From NCBI GenBank assembly GCA_002633005.1, contig NMRA01000066.1, forward strand, positions 955,912 through 1,019,911: 64,000 bases of DNA, written 5' to 3'. Every line of letters starts with the position of its first letter. Within the stretch, counting starts at the first letter, position 1. A program made the translations under genes and the position numbers. The notes beneath the pieces were generated by a model. It was not told the DNA's origin, searched no databases, and saw nothing but the letters and a program-made list of their open reading frames with translations. Below, piece after piece: positions 62,501 to 64,000 of the stretch. Source of the DNA: Phoronis australis (Eukaryota > Animalia > Phoronida).

Positions 62501-63905
62501 GCTGTTGTTGTGGTTTCAGATCCGCATCGCTGCTCGGCTGATGGAGGAAGAAGACGCCGGCACCGACAGCCCAATGTTCGACTTCATCGAAAGCTGCTTG
62601 CGACACAAGTCTGAGATGGTGATCTATGAGGCGGCGCACGCAATCGTCAACATGCGCCAGACGACGGCCAAGGAACTTGCGCCAGCGGTGTCGGTGCTGC
62701 AGCTCTTTTGCAGCTCTCCCAAGCCCACGTTGCGATTCGCTGCTGTCAAGACACTGAACAGAGTGAGTGCCGGAAACATTCAGCTGGGCATGTGTCCGGT
62801 TAGGAAAGATAAGAATTTGCTTGCATGATTCTTTATTTTTGGAAAAGACCCAAAGGAATGTCCTGCTGCAGTGCTTGGTCTAATTTCAACATTTACAAAT
62901 TATTATAAATATTTTGGCTAAAATGTGTTTTAGCATGGATTTTCGGAAGGGAAAACCTAGCTCGGCACCAACTTCTTTGTCTTCACTATTTGTTCCTTTC
63001 ATCTCTCGAGTTACGATACACATAACTGACCCACAATTCTCATCATGACGACCCAGAAGCCAAACTCATTGTCAGTATAGCCTTCCTTTATGATGGAAGA
63101 TAAAGGGTAATTAACCGAACAGTTAGTACGATAGCTAAGCTATGAATCTGTAATTGTAATTTTACCACCTCAATAGCTATTACCAGTCACTTTTGCCGTT
63201 GACAGAATTACGTGGCATGATGGGGGCACGGTGTTTTGTCTGATTTTTTTTCTCGAGCCTAAATTGCCTGAAGTTGTTATTTGGCTTTACACTGTTGTGC
63301 TCTGGTATAATCTCATCAAATCCAGATGAACAATTAATTCACGCATAGTGGAGTCGGTGCTTCTGCGCTATTTGTCCGCACCGTTTGCAAATGTCGCTGC
63401 TCTTCCTGTAGGTGGCCATGAAACATCCATCGGCTGTGACCGCCTGTAACCTTGACCTGGAGAACCTGATCACCGACGTCAACAGAAGTATCGCTACGCT
63501 GGCCATCACCACTCTGCTCAAGGTACGTAAGCCACTTGTTCGTCCATACTGCTTCAACCCTGAGATGTTCCTGGAATTTTGAAGGTGCTACTCATGCTCA
63601 CTGTGTTGGGCATCAAACTGGTTCTCATACCTGGCACCTCTGAATGTGACTAGTGCTGGTTAAAGGATTGTAACAGTGTTATCGTACATGGCAACCCCTG
63701 ATATGTGGCGTTGTTAGACATTCCATGTTTGTTAAATTCATAATCTCGACCGTTTGTGCCGTATGACAGTGTTTTGTTCATTTTATTTTCAACCCAAATT
63801 TCAGACTGGCAGTGAGAGCAGTGTGGACAGGTTGATGAAGCAGATCTCTTCATTCATGTCTGAGATCTCCGACGAGTTCAAAATTGTTGTCGTGGACGCC
63901 ATCAG
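56559..63905 (+). CDS. COPG: Coatomer subunit gamma (COPG1/2 ortholog), 5' part; continues beyond the right edge
   Basis: Exons 56559-56592, 56903-56952, 59482-59562 (other copy 57901-57981), 60098-60249 (58514-58665), 60463-60538 (58879-58947, cut by N), 60983-61075, 61729-61935, 62520-62762, 63412-63522, 63805-63905. Peptides [125 protein letters not shown]. An in-frame ATG at 56553 is an alternative start. Confidence 0.97.
57456..60531. repeat. Tandem near-identical duplication (57456-58947 / 58949-60531) joined by N58948; contains COPG exons 3-5; probable haplotype overlap
   Basis: Copy 1 is cut in mid-exon by the N; copy 2 restarts at the equivalent of 57456. Confidence 0.88.
61904..62252 (+). 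repeat. Four degenerate ~85-94-bp tandem units spanning the COPG exon 7 3' end and its donor
   Basis: Unit (c)ctcaagtcaccgt.cgc.ttctgcctcctggtgagtgttt.tgtacagggtgggct.aa.gt recurs at about 61904, 61989, 62079 and 62172. Confidence 0.8.
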
Positions 63906-64000
63906 GTAAGAGGCCTTCTTCTGGTGGTGTCTTGTAAATAACAAACATCTGAAATTGAACTCTTTAGAGTGGTGAGGGCACTAAAATGACTTTGGCTTGA

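Noticed and set aside
1-64000. CRISPR arrays, prokaryotic operons or defence systems, rRNA, intronic C/D snoRNAs, U12 introns
   Set aside because: The sequence is spliceosomal eukaryotic DNA. I saw no repeat-spacer array, no well-formed sense-strand box C/D pair and no U12 donor among the modelled introns; an Infernal/Rfam scan is needed to exclude small RNAs.

Overview
AT-rich, intron-rich animal genomic DNA, probably from a highly heterozygous invertebrate (taxon not determinable from the sequence). I reconstructed five spliced protein-coding genes by hand from GT-AG boundaries and reading-frame continuity. UPF2 (minus strand, 5' part, running off the left edge) sits head-to-head with a complete 20-coding-exon MCM10 (plus strand). 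These are followed by a 3-exon NUDT16-like Nudix decapping enzyme (plus), a 2-coding-exon CD225/dispanin membrane protein (minus, tail-to-tail with NUDT16) and the 5' part of coatomer gamma COPG (plus, running off the right edge). Three near-identical tandem duplications, each joined by a single N (6860, 35587, 58948), are most likely uncollapsed haplotypes; they expose allele-specific indels. The introns hold tRNA-derived SINEs, several MITE/foldback families and a THAP-encoding transposon remnant. I found no convincing new multi-gene system. The best leads are: a 49-aa-period acidic motif array in the MCM10 N-terminus; an intronic minisatellite built from the COPG exon end plus its splice donor; a dispanin lacking the palmitoylation cysteines; abutting convergent poly(A) signals; uORF and poison-exon candidates in UPF2; a tRNA-headed direct-repeat unit in UPF2 intron 1; and gene linkage that mirrors the human 10p13-14/3q21-22 paralogon.
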